A DNA stretch of 64,000 nucleotides, taken from positions 62,001 to 126,000 of the forward strand of contig NIVC01002352.1 in assembly GCA_002269645.1 (NCBI GenBank), read 5' to 3'. The position numbers were made by a program, and so were the translations under genes. The DNA comes from Macrostomum lignano. Taxonomy: Eukaryota. The notes beneath the pieces were generated by a model. That model had not been told where the DNA came from and did not search any database. It was given only the letters and a program-made list of their open reading frames with translations. Of the stretch, positions 36,690 to 50,600 are shown piece after piece; the stretch's first letter is position 1, and each line of letters starts with the position of its first letter.

Positions 36690-37875
36690 GAACTTGGGAA
36701 GCCGTGTGTTTTGCTGCTTGGGAAGCCGTGTGTTTTGCTGCTTGGGAAGCCGTGTGTTTTGCTGCTTGGGAAGCCGTTTGTTTTGCTGCTTGGGAAGCCG
36801 TTTGTTTTGCTGCTTGGGAAGCCGTTTGTTTTGCTGCTTGGGAATTCATGTGTTTTGCTGCTTGGGAAGCCGTGTGTTTTGCTGCTTGGGAAGTCATGTG
36901 TTTTGGTGTTTGGGAAGTAATGTGTTTTGGTGTTTGGGAAGTCATGTGTTTTATTGGTGTTTGGGAAGTCATGTGTTTTGGTGTTTGGGAAGTCATGTGT
37001 TTTGGTGTTCGGGAAGTCATGTGTTTTATTGGTGTTTGGGAAGTAATGTGTTTTGGTGTTTGGGAAGTCATGTGTTTTGGTGTTTCGGAAGTCATGTGTT
37101 TTGGTGTTTGGGAAGTAATGTGTTTTGGTGTTTGGGAAGTCATGTGTTTTATTGGTGTTTGGGAAGTCATGTGTTTTGGTGTTCGGGAAGTCATGTGTTT
37201 TATTGGTGTTTGGGAAGTAATGTGTTTTGGTGTTTGGGAAGTCATGTGTTTTGGTGTTTCGGAAGTCATGTGTTTTGGTGTTTGGGAAGTAATGTGTTTT
37301 GGTGTTTGGGAAGTCATGTGTTTTATTGGTGTTTGGGAAGTAATGTGTTTTGGTGTTTGGGAAGTCATGTGTTTTGGTGTTCGGGAAGTCATGTGTTTTA
37401 TTGGTGTTTGGGAAGTCATGTGTTTTATTGGTGTTTGGGAAGTCATGTGTTTTATTGGTGTTTGGGAAGTCATGTGTTTTATTGGTGTTTGGGAAGTCAT
37501 GTGTTTTGGTGTTTGGGAAGTCATGTGTTTTGGTGTTTGGGAATTCATGTGTTTTATTGATGTTTGGGAAGTCATGTGTTTTATTGGTGTTTGGGAAGTC
37601 ATGTGTTTTATTGGTGTTTGGGAAGTCATGTGTTTTATTGGTGTTTGGGAAGTCATGTGTTTTATTGGTGTTTGGGAAGTCATGTGTTTTGGTGTTTGGG
37701 AATTCATGTGTTTTATTGATGTTTGGGAAGTCATGTGTTTTATTGGTGTTTGGGAAGTCATGTGTTTTATTGGTGTTTGGGAAGTCATGTGTTTTATTGG
37801 TGTTTGGGAAGTCATGTGTTTTGGTGTTTGGGAAGTCATGTGTTTTATTGGTGTTTGGGAAGTCATGTGTTTTGG
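36690..37875. repeat. 24/27-bp minisatellite GGGAAGTCATGTGTTTT(ATT)GGTGTTT grading from a GGGAAGCCGTGTGTTTTGCTGCTT variant
   Basis: Direct inspection. Confidence 0.96.
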
Positions 37876-38756
37876 TGTCAGATGTCACTAACGGTGGAAC
37901 TTTGTAAAAGTGGAAACCAACTTAAAATATTATTAAGGGTGTTGACAGTTCAATCAACTGGTTCAATTGACTTGCAAATTGCAACTTCATGTAAAAAAGC
38001 CTCTACAAGGAATGCCATTTCCATATTGTGCGGAGAAGTCGCACCCACCAATCCACTACACGTGACAACCCACTGAAAATCTATCTTATAATACGCTCGC
38101 ATATTGAGCAGCAATTATAGCAAATAATTCGGGCTTATTCATACTGCACGAGCATCAGAATGCACCGAATAAACACACTAAAAATGGACTACCCGCCCGT
38201 ATGTCACGGTCGCTTTATGGCTTGGGGATTGGGGAGGCTTCAGGCCTTTGAACTTGAATGAATTATTGATCTATCAGGCTGCAAAGCAGGGAGGGGGCTG
38301 CGGCTGACACTGACGTCATTAATTCCCATTGGCTTTTGTGTGGCCCGCTTGCCCAAGTCTTTGTTAAAACTTATTCTGGGACTGCAGTATGGGGGGCGGC
38401 TTCGGGTCCCCTACCGACTGGACACCCACTGGAGGTCTCTTCCTCCACAATGGGGGAATGGGGGAGGGCTTACCGACATCGAACAAAGGGGGGGGGGTTA
38501 AAAAACAGAAGTTATGCGGAACAGAGAAGGGGGAAGGGGGGCAGATCCCAAGCCTGCCCGGACTTCCCCAGTTCATGGAGCTCTAAGCTTAGAATCTGGA
38601 CTATCACTCGCGTTCTATGAACAATTTATTTAAAGATTTGAGTTTGAGGCCAAGCCAAATCACCGTTTCTTCTGCCTTTTTAATGTTGCTTTTCCAGACA
38701 GATTTTTCTCATCCCAAGATTGTGTGTGGTTGGAGGTGCCGCAACCCTGAGAAGCT

Positions 38757-39730
38757 GTCTCTTGGTGGGCGCCCTTTGTTCTCTTGGTGGAGATCCTGTC
38801 TCTTGGTGGAGATCCTGTCTCTTGGTGGAGATCCCGTCTCTTGGTGGGCGCCCTTTGTTCTCTTAGGTGGAGATCCTGTCTCTTGGTGGGCGCCCTTTGT
38901 TCTCTTGGTGGAGATCCTGTCTCTTGGTGGAGATCCTGTCTCTTGGTGGAGATCCCGTCTCTTGGTGGGCGCCCTTTGTTCTCTTAGGTGGAGATCCCGT
39001 CTCTTGGTGGAGATCCTGTCTCTTGGTGGAGCTCCTGTCTCTTGGTGGGAGCTCCTGTCTCTTGGTGGAGATCCTGTCTCTTGGTGGAGATCCCGTCTCT
39101 TGGTGGAGATCCTGTCTCTTGGTGGAGATCCTGTCTCTTGGTGGAGATCCTGTCTCTTGGTGGAGATCCTGTCTCTTGGTGGGCGCCCTTTGTTCTCTTA
39201 GGTGGAGATCCCGTCTCTTGGTGGAGATCCTGTCTCTTGGTGGAGATCCTGTCTCTTGGTGGGAGCCCCTGTCTCTTGGTGGAGATCCTGTCTCTTGGTG
39301 GGAGCTCCTGTCTCTTGGTGGGAGCTCCTGTCTCTTGGTGGAGATCCCGTCTCTTGGTGGAGATCCTGTCTCTTGGTGGAGATCCTGTCTCTTGGTGTGA
39401 CCTCCTGTCTCTTGGTGGGCGCCCTTTGTTCTCTTAGGTGGAGATCCCGTCTCTTGGTGGGAGCTCCTGTCTCTTGGTGGGAGCTCCTGTCTTTTGGTGG
39501 GAGCCCCTGTCTCTTGGTGGGAGCCCCTGTCTCTTGGTAGGAGGCTAGGAGCCCTTTGTCTCTTGGTGGGAGCTCCTGTCTCTTGGTGGGAGCTCCTGTC
39601 TCTTGGTGGGAGCTCCTGTCTCTTGGTGGGAGCTCCTGTCTCTTGGTGGGAGCCCCTGTCTCTTGGTGGGAGCCCCTGTCTCTTGGTGGGAGCCCCTGTC
39701 TCTTGGTAGGAGGCTAGGAGCCCTTTGTCT
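38757..39730. repeat. 19/20-bp minisatellite CTCTTGGTGG(G)AG(A/C)TCCTGT with GCGCCCTTTGTT variants
   Basis: Direct inspection. Confidence 0.95.
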
Positions 39731-40220
39731 GATGGGGCGATGGGAGCCATGTCCAAGGCCACTGGTTAATGTAATGAAAAACAATGAGTTTCCATTCCAG
39801 TGAGATTTTCAATTTAGAACTCTCTGCTTGACCAATTCTATTTTTAGCTCTAGCTGGGCCCAAGATTACGCGGAGCTTAGCAGAAAGCCGCCCCAACCAC
39901 CGAGCGGCCAGTCACGGAGCGGTGATGACTACTGCCCTCCAACCAGCCAACCCCTGATTCCCAGGCACCGTCTAAGTACTGAACAGAGCGCATTGCATAC
40001 AGCTATGCTACCCAGTTCCGGCCCCTACTACTGTGTTATAAATGTTAAACCGATGAGAGACAAAGAGAAGTTTTCATAGCAGCTGATAAAGGATTTGCAT
40101 TGCAGTCCTCGAAACACAACCGAGAATGTTTTTATCTTATCAGCCTGGCCTCATCTGTCAGCAGTTCGTGATTTAATAACATTTCAACCCGCTGCGGACT
40201 GCCGCCACCAACTGGACTGA

Positions 40221-41376
40221 ATGCAGCAGACGAGTTTCACGAACTGCAGGGGCGGCGGCGGTCTTCGCTTGCCGCGGCTGATTCGGAGACCACTGAGCTG
40301 CCTGCTTGGAGGCGGCGAGTCCACGCTGGACTCCTCATGGGCTGCGGGACCGCCCCGCGGGTGAGTCTGTCTTGATGTCTAGTTGTCTTGGTGACTTGGT
40401 GTCTTGGTTCCTTGGGGTCTTGGTGACCTGGTGTCTTGGTTCCTTGGTGTCTTGGTGACCTGGTGTCTTGGTTCCTTGGTGTCTTGGTGACCTGGTGTCT
40501 TGGTGACCTGGTGTCTTGGTTCCTTGGTGTCTTGGTTCCTTGGTGTCTTGGTGACCTGGTGTCTTGGTTTCTTGGTGTCTTGGTGACTTGGTGTCTTGGT
40601 GACCTGGTGTCTTGGTTTCTTGGTGTCTTGGTGACTTGGTGTCTTGGTGACCTGGTGTCTTGGTGACCTGGTGTCTTGGTGACCTGGTGTCTTGGTGACC
40701 TGGTGTCTTAGTGACCTGGTGTCTTGGTGACCTGGTGTCTTGGTGACCTGGTGTCTTGGTGACCCGGTGTCTTGGTGACCTGGTGTCTTGGTGACCTGGT
40801 GTCTTGGTTCCTTGGTGTCTTGGTTCCTTGGTGTCTTGGTGACCTGGTGTCTTGGTTTCTTGGTGTCTTGGTGACTTGGTGTCTTGGTGACCTGGTGTCT
40901 TGGTGACCTGGTGTCTTGGTTCCTTGGTGTCTTGGTTCCTTGGTGTCTTGGTGACCTGGTGTCTTGGTGACCCGGTGTCTTGGTGACTTGGTGTCTTGGT
41001 GACCTGGTGTCTTGGTTCCTTGGTGTCTTGATGACTTGGTGTCTTGGTGACCTGGTGTCTTGGTGACCTGGTGTCTTGGTTCCTTGGTGTCTTGGTGACC
41101 TGGTGTCTTGGTGACCTGGTGTCTTGGTAACCTGGTGTCTTGGTGACCTGGTGTTTTGGTTCCTTGGTGTCTTGGTGACCTGGTGTCTTGGTGACCTGGT
41201 GTCTTGGTTCCTTGGTGTCTTGGTTCCTTGGTGACTTGGTGTCTTGGTGTCTTGGTGACCTGGTGTCTTGGTTCCTTGGTGGTGTTTTAGTGTCTGCCTT
41301 GGTGCCTGTCTTAGCATCTGTCGGTCTGTCTCTGTCTGTAAGTTTGTCAGTCTTAGTGTCTGCTTGCCTGCCTGCC

Positions 41377-41459
<83 letters not shown>

Positions 41460-41512
41460 GTGTCTGTGTGTCTGTCTGTCTGTCTGTCTGTCTTAGTGTC
41501 TTAGTGTCTGTG

Positions 41513-41603
<91 letters not shown>

Positions 41604-41636
41604 GTGTCTGTGTGTCTGTGTGTCTGTGTGTCTGTG

Positions 41637-41719
<83 letters not shown>

Positions 41720-44377
41720 GATCTATGCTCAACTCACTCAGCCTCGCCCCAAACGCAGGGACATCCACGCACTTCGCCAGGACAGCTGGAGCTTCAGACG
41801 CGGTCTGCAGTTCAACGAGGCTCCCGAGGCTCGGCCAGTAGCTTTGGTTGCCAATGGCAACAGCAGAAGCTGCTTCGGTAGAACCCAGCAGAGAACCGTG
41901 AGCTTAAAATGCCCCGTAATTCTATGATTCATTAAAATATGGAAATATGTTGATTATTGATTGATTAACAAAACGAATTTGACTCAACCCCCGATCCGAA
42001 CCTTCCAGGTGGTGCTGAACCGCCGCGGTGCCAGCTTCGGCTTTAGCCTGGTCGGCGGCCAGCCCGTCCGGGTCGGTCGCGTCGAGCCCAGCTCGGCCGC
42101 CGAGGCTGCCGGCCTTCGGGTCGGCGACGCCATCGTTGGCGCCGCGGGCCGCATCGTCCTGGCCAGCGGCTGCGAGACTCTCGTGCGAAGAATCAGGTGG
42201 GGCTGGGCTGAGGGTTGCGGGCTGGGCTGAGGGGCTGCGGGCTGGGCTGAGGGTTGCGGGCTGGGCTGAGGGTTGAGGGCTGGGCTGAGGGCTGCGGGCT
42301 GGGCTGAGGGTTGAGGGCTGGGCTGAGGGTTGCGGGCTGGGCTGAGGGTTGCGGGCTGGGCTGAGGGGCTGCGGGCTGGGCTGAGGGCTGCGGGCTGGGC
42401 TGAGGGTTGCGGGCTGGGCTGAGGGTTGCGGGCTGGGCTGAGGGTTGAGGGCTGGGCTGAGGGCTGCGGGCTGGGCTGAGGGTTGAGGGCTGGGCTGAGG
42501 GCTGCGGGCTGGGCTGAGGGTTGCGGGCTGGGCTGAGGGTTGCGGGCTGGGCTGAGGGTTGCGGGCTGGGCTGAGGGTTGCGGGCTGGGCTGAGGGCTGC
42601 GGGCTGGGCTGAGGGTTGCGGGCTGGGCTGAGGGGTTGCGGGCTGGGCTGAGGGTTGCGGGCTGGGCTGAGGGCTGCGGGCTGGGCTGAGGGTTGCGGGC
42701 TGGGCTGAGGGTTGCGGGCTGGGCTGAGGGGCTGCGGGCTGGGCTGAGGGGCTGCGGGCTGGGCTGGGGGGTCATGGACTGCAGGAACTTTGCTTGACTG
42801 CCAGTCAGTCTCTGGTAGCATTTATAACAAAACAGCTTGATAAACTTTGCAGAAGCGGCGGCAGCAGACTGGAGCTCCGCATTCAGCGCTGGCTGTCGAA
42901 CTGCAGCAGCTGGAGCGACAACGACGAGCCAGACCGAGCGGCGCCTGACCGTGACTTCGAGGCCGACGAGGAAGACAGCGATGCCTCAAGCAGCTTCGAA
43001 CTGAGCAGCCTCTATCGAGCAACGGAGGGCGCCCAGCCAATCAGAGCGAGCCAACAGACACAAGCAATGTACTATCCGTTTAGACCTCTACCAAGCCAGC
43101 CAATCAGAGCGATGAATCCGGAGCAGGCCAGGCTCTATCCGCCCGCTGAAGCAGCGCACCAGGGCTTCCAGCCATACCAAAACCAACAGTGTCATCAACC
43201 AAACAGAAGCCAGGAAATGTATCCGCCAATCAGAAACCACGAAATGCACCAGCAAATCAGAAACCACGAAATGCATCAGCCAATTAGAAGTCAGGAAATT
43301 TATCAGCCAATTGGAAGCCAGGAAATGCATCAGCCAATCAGAAACCAGGAAATTCATCAGCCAATCATAAGCCAGGAAATGCATCAGCCAATCAGAAGTC
43401 AGGAAATTCATCAGCCAATTGGAAGCCAGGAAATGCACCAGCCAATCAGAAGCCAGGAAATGCATCAGCCAATCAGAGCTACAGAAAACAGGTTACGACC
43501 AATCAGTTTCCAGGATTATCGCCAGGCCATCAGACTTAGTCAGTACGAATTCCAGCCAATCAGGGCTCAAGACAACCGCCAGCCAATCGGACAGCAGCAG
43601 AGTCATCAGTCAAAAGTCGCCGCACCAAAACCGAGCTTCCAGCCAATCAGAAGTCAGGAGGAATTTCAGCAGCCAGTCACATCGTCAGCGGAACATAGCT
43701 TCCAGCCAATCAGATCTTCGGTGCAGAGGCCGCAGCCAATCAGAGGCCAGGAAGGGCAGGCGCAAAGGGGCTGGCTGCGCCAGCAGAGCTTCCTGCAGGC
43801 GACCGGTGCCTGCCAGGCCGCCTCACCGCAGTCTAGCGATTCGTCCTCGCCGCGGGCCAGCCCGGGCGGCGAGTCCAGCAGCTCCGGCGTCTCCTCCACG
43901 GCTGCAGCTGGCGGCGGGAAGCGCGGGCAGGCGCCAACACCAAGCGACATCCTTGAGGCCGGCAGTCCAGTTTTGTCCAGCCGGCTGCAGTGGCACCGGC
44001 AGCGTCCGGGCGGCTGCCGGGCTCAGGCGCTGCTGCTGCCGCGGCTGCTGATGCTGGCCCGGCTGGACTCCGTCGAAGGCGACGGTGACATCCGGGAGGT
44101 CAGCCACGACGGAGGCGACCGCGGCAGCGACGTCGGGGTTTTTCGTCTGGCCGACTGCGTCCGGGCGGAGTTCGACTTCGCGCACAACAGCCGGCTGATG
44201 CGGCTGAGCTTCCGGCGAGACGCCGGAGAAGAGGCGGCGGAGGCGGCACCGCGGCAGCGACAGCAGCAGACGAGGCCGGTCATCCTGGAGGCGCCGTGCG
44301 GCCTCGTCAAGGAGCGGTGGCGCCGGAGCCTCGGGCCGCTGCTTGCCTCAGCTGGCAAAAGTTCAGGTTTGAATTGA
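40221..44377 (+). CDS. PDZ-domain protein with Gln-rich repeat region and possible C-terminal PH-like domain; exons 40221..40360, 41759..41897, 42009..42196, 42853..44377
   Basis: The PDZ (QRT|[43 protein letters not shown]...CETLVRRIR|[12 protein letters not shown]) is split over three exons with matching phases (0 and 2). The first exon and ATG are tentative. The PH-like call rests only on the residue pattern near the C-terminus. Confidence 0.7.
40378..41280. repeat. 16-bp minisatellite GGTGTCTTGGT(GACCT/TCCTT)
   Basis: Starts about 17 nt after the donor at 40361. Confidence 0.95.
41365..41718. repeat. (GTCT)n microsatellite
   Basis: Direct inspection. Confidence 0.96.
42200..42767. repeat. 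19-bp G-rich minisatellite GGGCTGGGCTGAGGGTTGC filling the PDZ gene's third intron
   Basis: Starts within a few nt of the donor at 42197. Confidence 0.96.
43170..43750 (+). repeat. Coding 27-nt repeat (QPIRSQEMH-like)
   Basis: In-frame CAGCCAATCAGAAGCCAGGAAATGCAT units, plus scattered degenerate QPI motifs. Confidence 0.88.
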
Positions 44378-44483
44378 CTGATTTGCTCATTGTAAATTCC
44401 GAGTTTCTGCCATTGGTGCACCAGTTTGTGCTCATTCACGAATGCACTCGCTGTGTCTTGAATCTCTAGCTATCGTTAAGCTT

Positions 44484-44942
44484 GAGCACTGTAACTTTAT
44501 TGAGTCTTGAGCACTGTCACTTTTTTGAGTCTTGAGCACTGTCACTTTATTGAGTCTTGAGCACTGTCACTTTATTGATTTTTGAGCACTGTCACTTTAT
44601 TGATTTTTAAGCACTGTCACTTTCTTGATTTTTGAGCACTGTCAATTTATTGATTTTTGAGCACTGTCAATTTATTGATTTTTGAGCACTGTAACTTTAT
44701 TGATTTTTTAGCACTGTAACTTTCTTGATTTTTGAGCACTGTCAATTTATTGATTTTTGAGCACTGTCACTTTCTTGATTTTTGAGCACTGTAACTTTAT
44801 TGATTTTTTAGCACTGTCACTTTCTTGATTTTTGAGCACTGTCAATTTATTGATTTTTGAGCACTGTCACTTTCTTGATTTTTGAGCACTGTCAATTTAT
44901 TGATTTTTGAGCACTGTCAATTTATTGATTTTTGAGCACTGC
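44484..44942. repeat. 25-bp minisatellite GAGCACTGTCACTTTATTGATTTTT
   Basis: Direct inspection, about 18 copies. Confidence 0.95.
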
Positions 44943-45460
44943 CAATGTTTCGATAGTTTCTAACGGTTTTGCTCTACAAGCATATTTTTACGAACTGGTT
45001 TCCTACTTCAAGTAGTAGCTCGTGTTTATTGTACAATTCTAGAAGTTTCCTGCAATCTTTTACTTCCTTCCTCGGTTCCGAGGCGTCACCGGAATGCCTT
45101 CCGAATGTACAGCTGAGTTTCAGCCTGTTCCCGTGCTCAAATGATTCTGCAATATCTCATATAAGCTGCAACCTCAGACATGGTGCATGAATTTTTCCCA
45201 GTTGATGTCTATTTTAATGGCTCATTCTAGAGGTTGTATTTTGTTGTAACCTACTTTTTTTATAAATACTGGCGTGCTCAGTGAATGTTTGTATTCCTAT
45301 TTTTCATTCAACAGTTGTGCCACTGTCGTTGAAGCAAGAAATAATTTTCTGCTTCTAGAAGAGTTTTTCTTAGTGCTTCTTGTCAATAGCCTCACTTCGA
45401 ATTTGAAACTTTTTCATGCAAGTGTTCTCAATCTTGACTTATTAATTGCTTAGATGGATG

Positions 45461-46142
<682 letters not shown>

Positions 46143-47210
46143 CACTCAGAGATCTGTGACAGATAGCATACATGTTCTAAAGAAATACAGAAGCCCAAAG
46201 GCCCCAGACAGCTCCCACGGCAGTCAGTGCATCTGTCTGTTCTGTGATGGAGAGCAAAACCAATAAATATATCCTCAGTCGTCACGGAAACCATCTCAAT
46301 CTGTTTCTCTGGGTTTTTTCCAGACGATTAACCATTACCTGAGCGCATCGGCTGCTCAGAGCGGTCCTCATTAATTAATAATGCCAATCCTGCACTCGTG
46401 CAGTCTGCTGAGATGCTCTCCTCAGCATCAAATTGAAATCCCATGAAATCCCCTCTGTTTTGCCGGTACAAAAAGCGACGGCCAGGCCCTGAAATCAGTC
46501 CGCAGTTCTTGCAATTCAGTACGGAGTTAGGCTGAACCAGGTGGAATCGTTATGTCCACGAACTACAACCAGCCAGGGTCCGGAGTTCGAATCCGCAACG
46601 AGATGCAGCCTATATTGCTTGCACCGGACGGTAAGAGGTTGATAATCCATATACTAAAAATTGCTGAGACGTCAAGACTTGCTGGGGGAATTCCTGAGAT
46701 GTAAAGGCTTACGGGGGGAATTGCTAAGATATAACGGCTGAGGTCAGAAGCTACACGTAGTTTATTAAAAAAATGATTACATTCTTTGTTTGCTCCCTAA
46801 CGGGGGGCGTAGATTGCTAGTCCATATACCAAAAATGGTTTGTCGGTATGTCTGTCGGTATGTGATCTTTCAATGGTTGAGCAAGTGCCATTTAATTTGA
46901 AATCACTCCAGGTTACATTCCGAACTCCATCGTGAGGGGTCTGGCTCAGCAGGTTGGCCCGAGCGTCTCCACTGAGCTTGACGAGGCCCAGCGACCGGTA
47001 AGGGGTCTGGTGGCTGTCTGGCTGTCTCTCGGTTGGGTCGGGGGGGGGGGGGCTGCAGACACTGCCGCAATTCAAGGCAATAGCCAACCCGCAGTCAGTG
47101 AGGAGGCAGTCAGGCCCATTCAGCTGACCCCTGAGCTTTGAGACAGTGCGTACATGTTCAGCGGCCCTGACTTGCTAATTGTCAGAAATGTACACTTTTA
47201 TTAGAGGCAA

Positions 47211-47325
47211 GAGCTGTGTGCACCCTGGCGCACTTTAAGCGACATTGTCACACAACCGGCGAGAGGCATTGCTGCCCATTCCGCCGACTCCCCTGAGCAG
47301 GCACACAAGTACGCGGATATGTACG
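47211..47325 (+). repeat. Dispersed repeat, copy A (related copies at 58426-58550, and partial at 47115-47136 and 53416-53436)
   Basis: Shared blocks GAGCTGT..GCACCCTGGCGC, GCGACAT(T/C)GTC and CCA(T/C)TCC(G/A)C(C/T)GAC..CCTGAGCA. Confidence 0.65.
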
Positions 47326-47629
47326 CAGTCACACGCACAAGCACAAACTCACACAGGAGTGTACAGCGGTCCTAACTTTATTTATCGTTAGGCATGTATA
47401 CTTCACTGCGCCTTGGAGGTTGGTCCTTAAGGCCGGGTTAATTGCATGAGCAGAGCCAAGCCGAGATCCCAATTCAGCCCCAAATGAATGTGACTGCACT
47501 TGGAATCGAGCCTGGGCCGCTGGCACACCAGAGCCTGCGCTAGACCGCTGGGCTGCGGCATGTACACTCTCGGTGCCTGGCGGTTGGCCCTCATGGGCGG
47601 GAGTCGTTTGACAAGCCCCAAATTAATAC

Positions 47630-50600
47630 ATGGCCCCTCACGGAATCAAAATTCGATGCTTAGGGCCAAGGCTGGTAATGTGTAGCGTCGTTCAGATGCA
47701 GTCCTTGCTTTCCTACTAACACTTGGCACTGACACCCGATTCGCAGTCCAGACGCTACGGCCTGTTTGATGAAGCCGCCATTGCGGAGGCTGTGCAGATG
47801 GGCGTGAGCAGCTTTGAGACGCCGACTTCGACGTAGCGGCAGCAGCCGCAGCGGCTCCTGGCAGGCCGTCGAAGACGTCAGGCAGCGGCGGGAGCGGCAG
47901 TAGCGGGCTCCTCCTGGGACGCCGACAATGGCGACATCAACGACGATGCCGGAGTGAACTTCGATGGGGAAGCTGCGACTGCCGTGGCCGGGGGAGAGGC
48001 GGCAGCAGCGCTGTCGAAGTCAAAGGCTTCAAGGAAATCCGTCAGCTTTCAAGGCGAACCCGACGCTTCGAAGACAAAAGCGTCGAAGAAGGAAAGCCGG
48101 AAGAAACGCGGCGGCGTCCGACAGCGGGCCAGCGGCGGCGGCCAGTCGAAGCGCGCCAGCCGTCGGGGCCTTCGCAGCGGCGGCCGGCATCCGCGGTCTT
48201 CGACGACTGCAGCGGGGCTGCCGCTCAGCGATTCCGACCAGGACGACTTTGCAGTTTTGACCGAGGACCGAGTTCCGACATCGATGGCTGCGGCTGCCGA
48301 TGTCGCTTTTGAAGCGATTTCACCTCCGGCCCCTGGAGAGATGAATCAAGTTGGCAGCTGCTTGGGAAGCAGTGAAGCTGGGAATTCCTGGAGTCTGCTG
48401 CGGGAGATTCTGTCGGAGCGCTGGTTCACTCTGGAGGCGACGCCGCCAGTCAAGGAGCTGGTGACGAGAGGCCTTCTGAGACTGATGCGGGACACCGACA
48501 AGCAGGAGGATCATGAGGCCATGTGCGACAGGGTTCGGGATGTCAAGCAGTGAGTCTTCGAATTGCATCCCAGATCCTAGATCCCAGATCCTAGATCCCA
48601 GATCCTAGATCCCAGATCCTAGATCCCAGATCCTAGATCCCAGATCCTAGATCCCAGATCCTAGATCCCAGATCCTAGATCCCAGATCCTAGATCCCAGA
48701 TCCTAGATCCCAGATCCTAGATCCCAGATCCTAGATCCCAGATCCTAGATCCCAGATCCTAGATCCCAGATCCTAGATCCCAGATCCTAGATCCCAGATC
48801 CTAGATCCCAGATCCTAGATCCCAGATCCTAGATCCCAGATCCTAGATCCCAGATCCTAGATCCCAGATCCTAGATCCCAGATCCTAGACCCCATTGAAA
48901 CCCGCAGTCAGCTGGATTTCGGTCAGCACCTGCAGCACTCGGTGCTAACGGAGGTCTTCACTCATCTGGCCGCCGTCACAGAGCTGGAACTCCTGGCCGA
49001 TGGCGCTGATGAGGCCAGGCGCCGGCTGAGCCTTGCCAAGGCTGACCACCTGCGCCGACTTCTCGAGGATTTGGGCGCCTCCGAGGAAGTCGATGTCGGC
49101 ATCACGGTGTCGACTGCCATGGCGGCGTCCACGGAGTCAGGCTACGCCAGTCTGCAGGCTCCGACCAGGGAGGTCACGGTGGCGGCGGTGGCGATGACGG
49201 CTGCAGGACATCGCCAGCACCAGCAGGCCCAGCTGCTGGACGCTCTGAGCGAAGAACGGCGGAGCCTCCGGGACATCGAGGCTGCCGCGGCCGCCCTCAG
49301 CATCGAAAGGGACTCTGCTGAAGAATCCGCGGTTGCCTTCGACACCGCTGCCGCATCTGACTCTCCTGCCGCTGCCACCGCCGCCGCCGCCGCTGCCGCT
49401 CCTGCAGCCTTCGCGCAGTTCAGCGGAGCCACCATGGGAGCCGGAGGGCGAGTCACTCCAGCCAGCGCTGTCTACGCGAACGAGTCGGTGAGAGAGGGAG
49501 TGGCTGTTCTACTCGCATATTTCTACTGTTAGTAGGCTGAATCAGCTGTGGTAAAAAAATTTTGTTTCTCTTCTCAGAAGAATTCGCCGCGGGTGGCGGA
49601 GCTGCAGCGCGACAACCAGCGCGCAGCTGCTGGAGGCGCCGATGTTTACGAGTAAGAAGCTTTGCTTAGTGTATCCACACACCCAGGTCTCGTCAGGTCC
49701 TCTCCATAGACTCCCACTAGTCTTGTCTCAGTCTCACCCCAGTCACATACCAGTCTCACCCTAGTCTCACCCCAGTCTCACCCGTCTCACCGCAGTCTCG
49801 TCCAGTCTCACCCTAGTCTCACCCTAGTCACACCCCAGTCTCATTCAGTCTCACCCTAGTCTCACCGCAGTCTCATTCAGTCTCGACCATCTCACCTGTC
49901 TCACTCAGTCTTACCTAATCTCATCCTAGTTACATCCAGTTTCATCTTAGCCTTGCCCAGTCTCACACAGTCTCACCCCAGTCTCATCAAGTCTCACCCC
50001 AGTATCATCCAATCTCACCCTAGTCTTGCCCAGTCTCACCCCAGTATCATCCAGTCTCACCCTAGTCTTGCTCAGTCTCAGCCTAGTCTCATCCAGTGTC
50101 AGATTCAGCCTCATCAAGTTGACAATTCACTACTCAAAACATCGAACAGTTTATTAGGCTAGACCGAGCTCTGTCTCTCCCTCCGCCATCCCGCAGCCTC
50201 CTGGACGAGCACCGCATTCGCAAGATGCTCCGAAGCCTTCCCGAATAGCCAGGGTGGACCAGGTCGCGCTTGAGGCCCGGGCTCGGCGAGCTACGTTGGG
50301 TGGGGAGAATCGAACTGCGGACCGACTGCCGCCGATCCAGCAGGGTGGAGCAAAGTGAGTTGCTGACACTGGGACTGCCGCAGTGACATTAGCATCTGAC
50401 ACTGGGACTGCCGCAGTGACATTAGCATCTGACACTGGGACTGCCGCAGTGACATAAGTATCTGACACTGGGACTGCCGCAGTGACATTAGCATCTGACA
50501 CTGTTATAAAGCTTTTCAATGTGAACTTCCCTCTAGTAGGAAAACAAGATCCAACAGTGCCAGCAAGATGATAGGGTTGGGTTCAGCAAACAAGCATTTT

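Noticed and set aside
46540-46730. B-box-like GGAGTTCGAATCC, possibly a second SINE family
   Set aside because: No convincing A-box, tail or second copy in the window.
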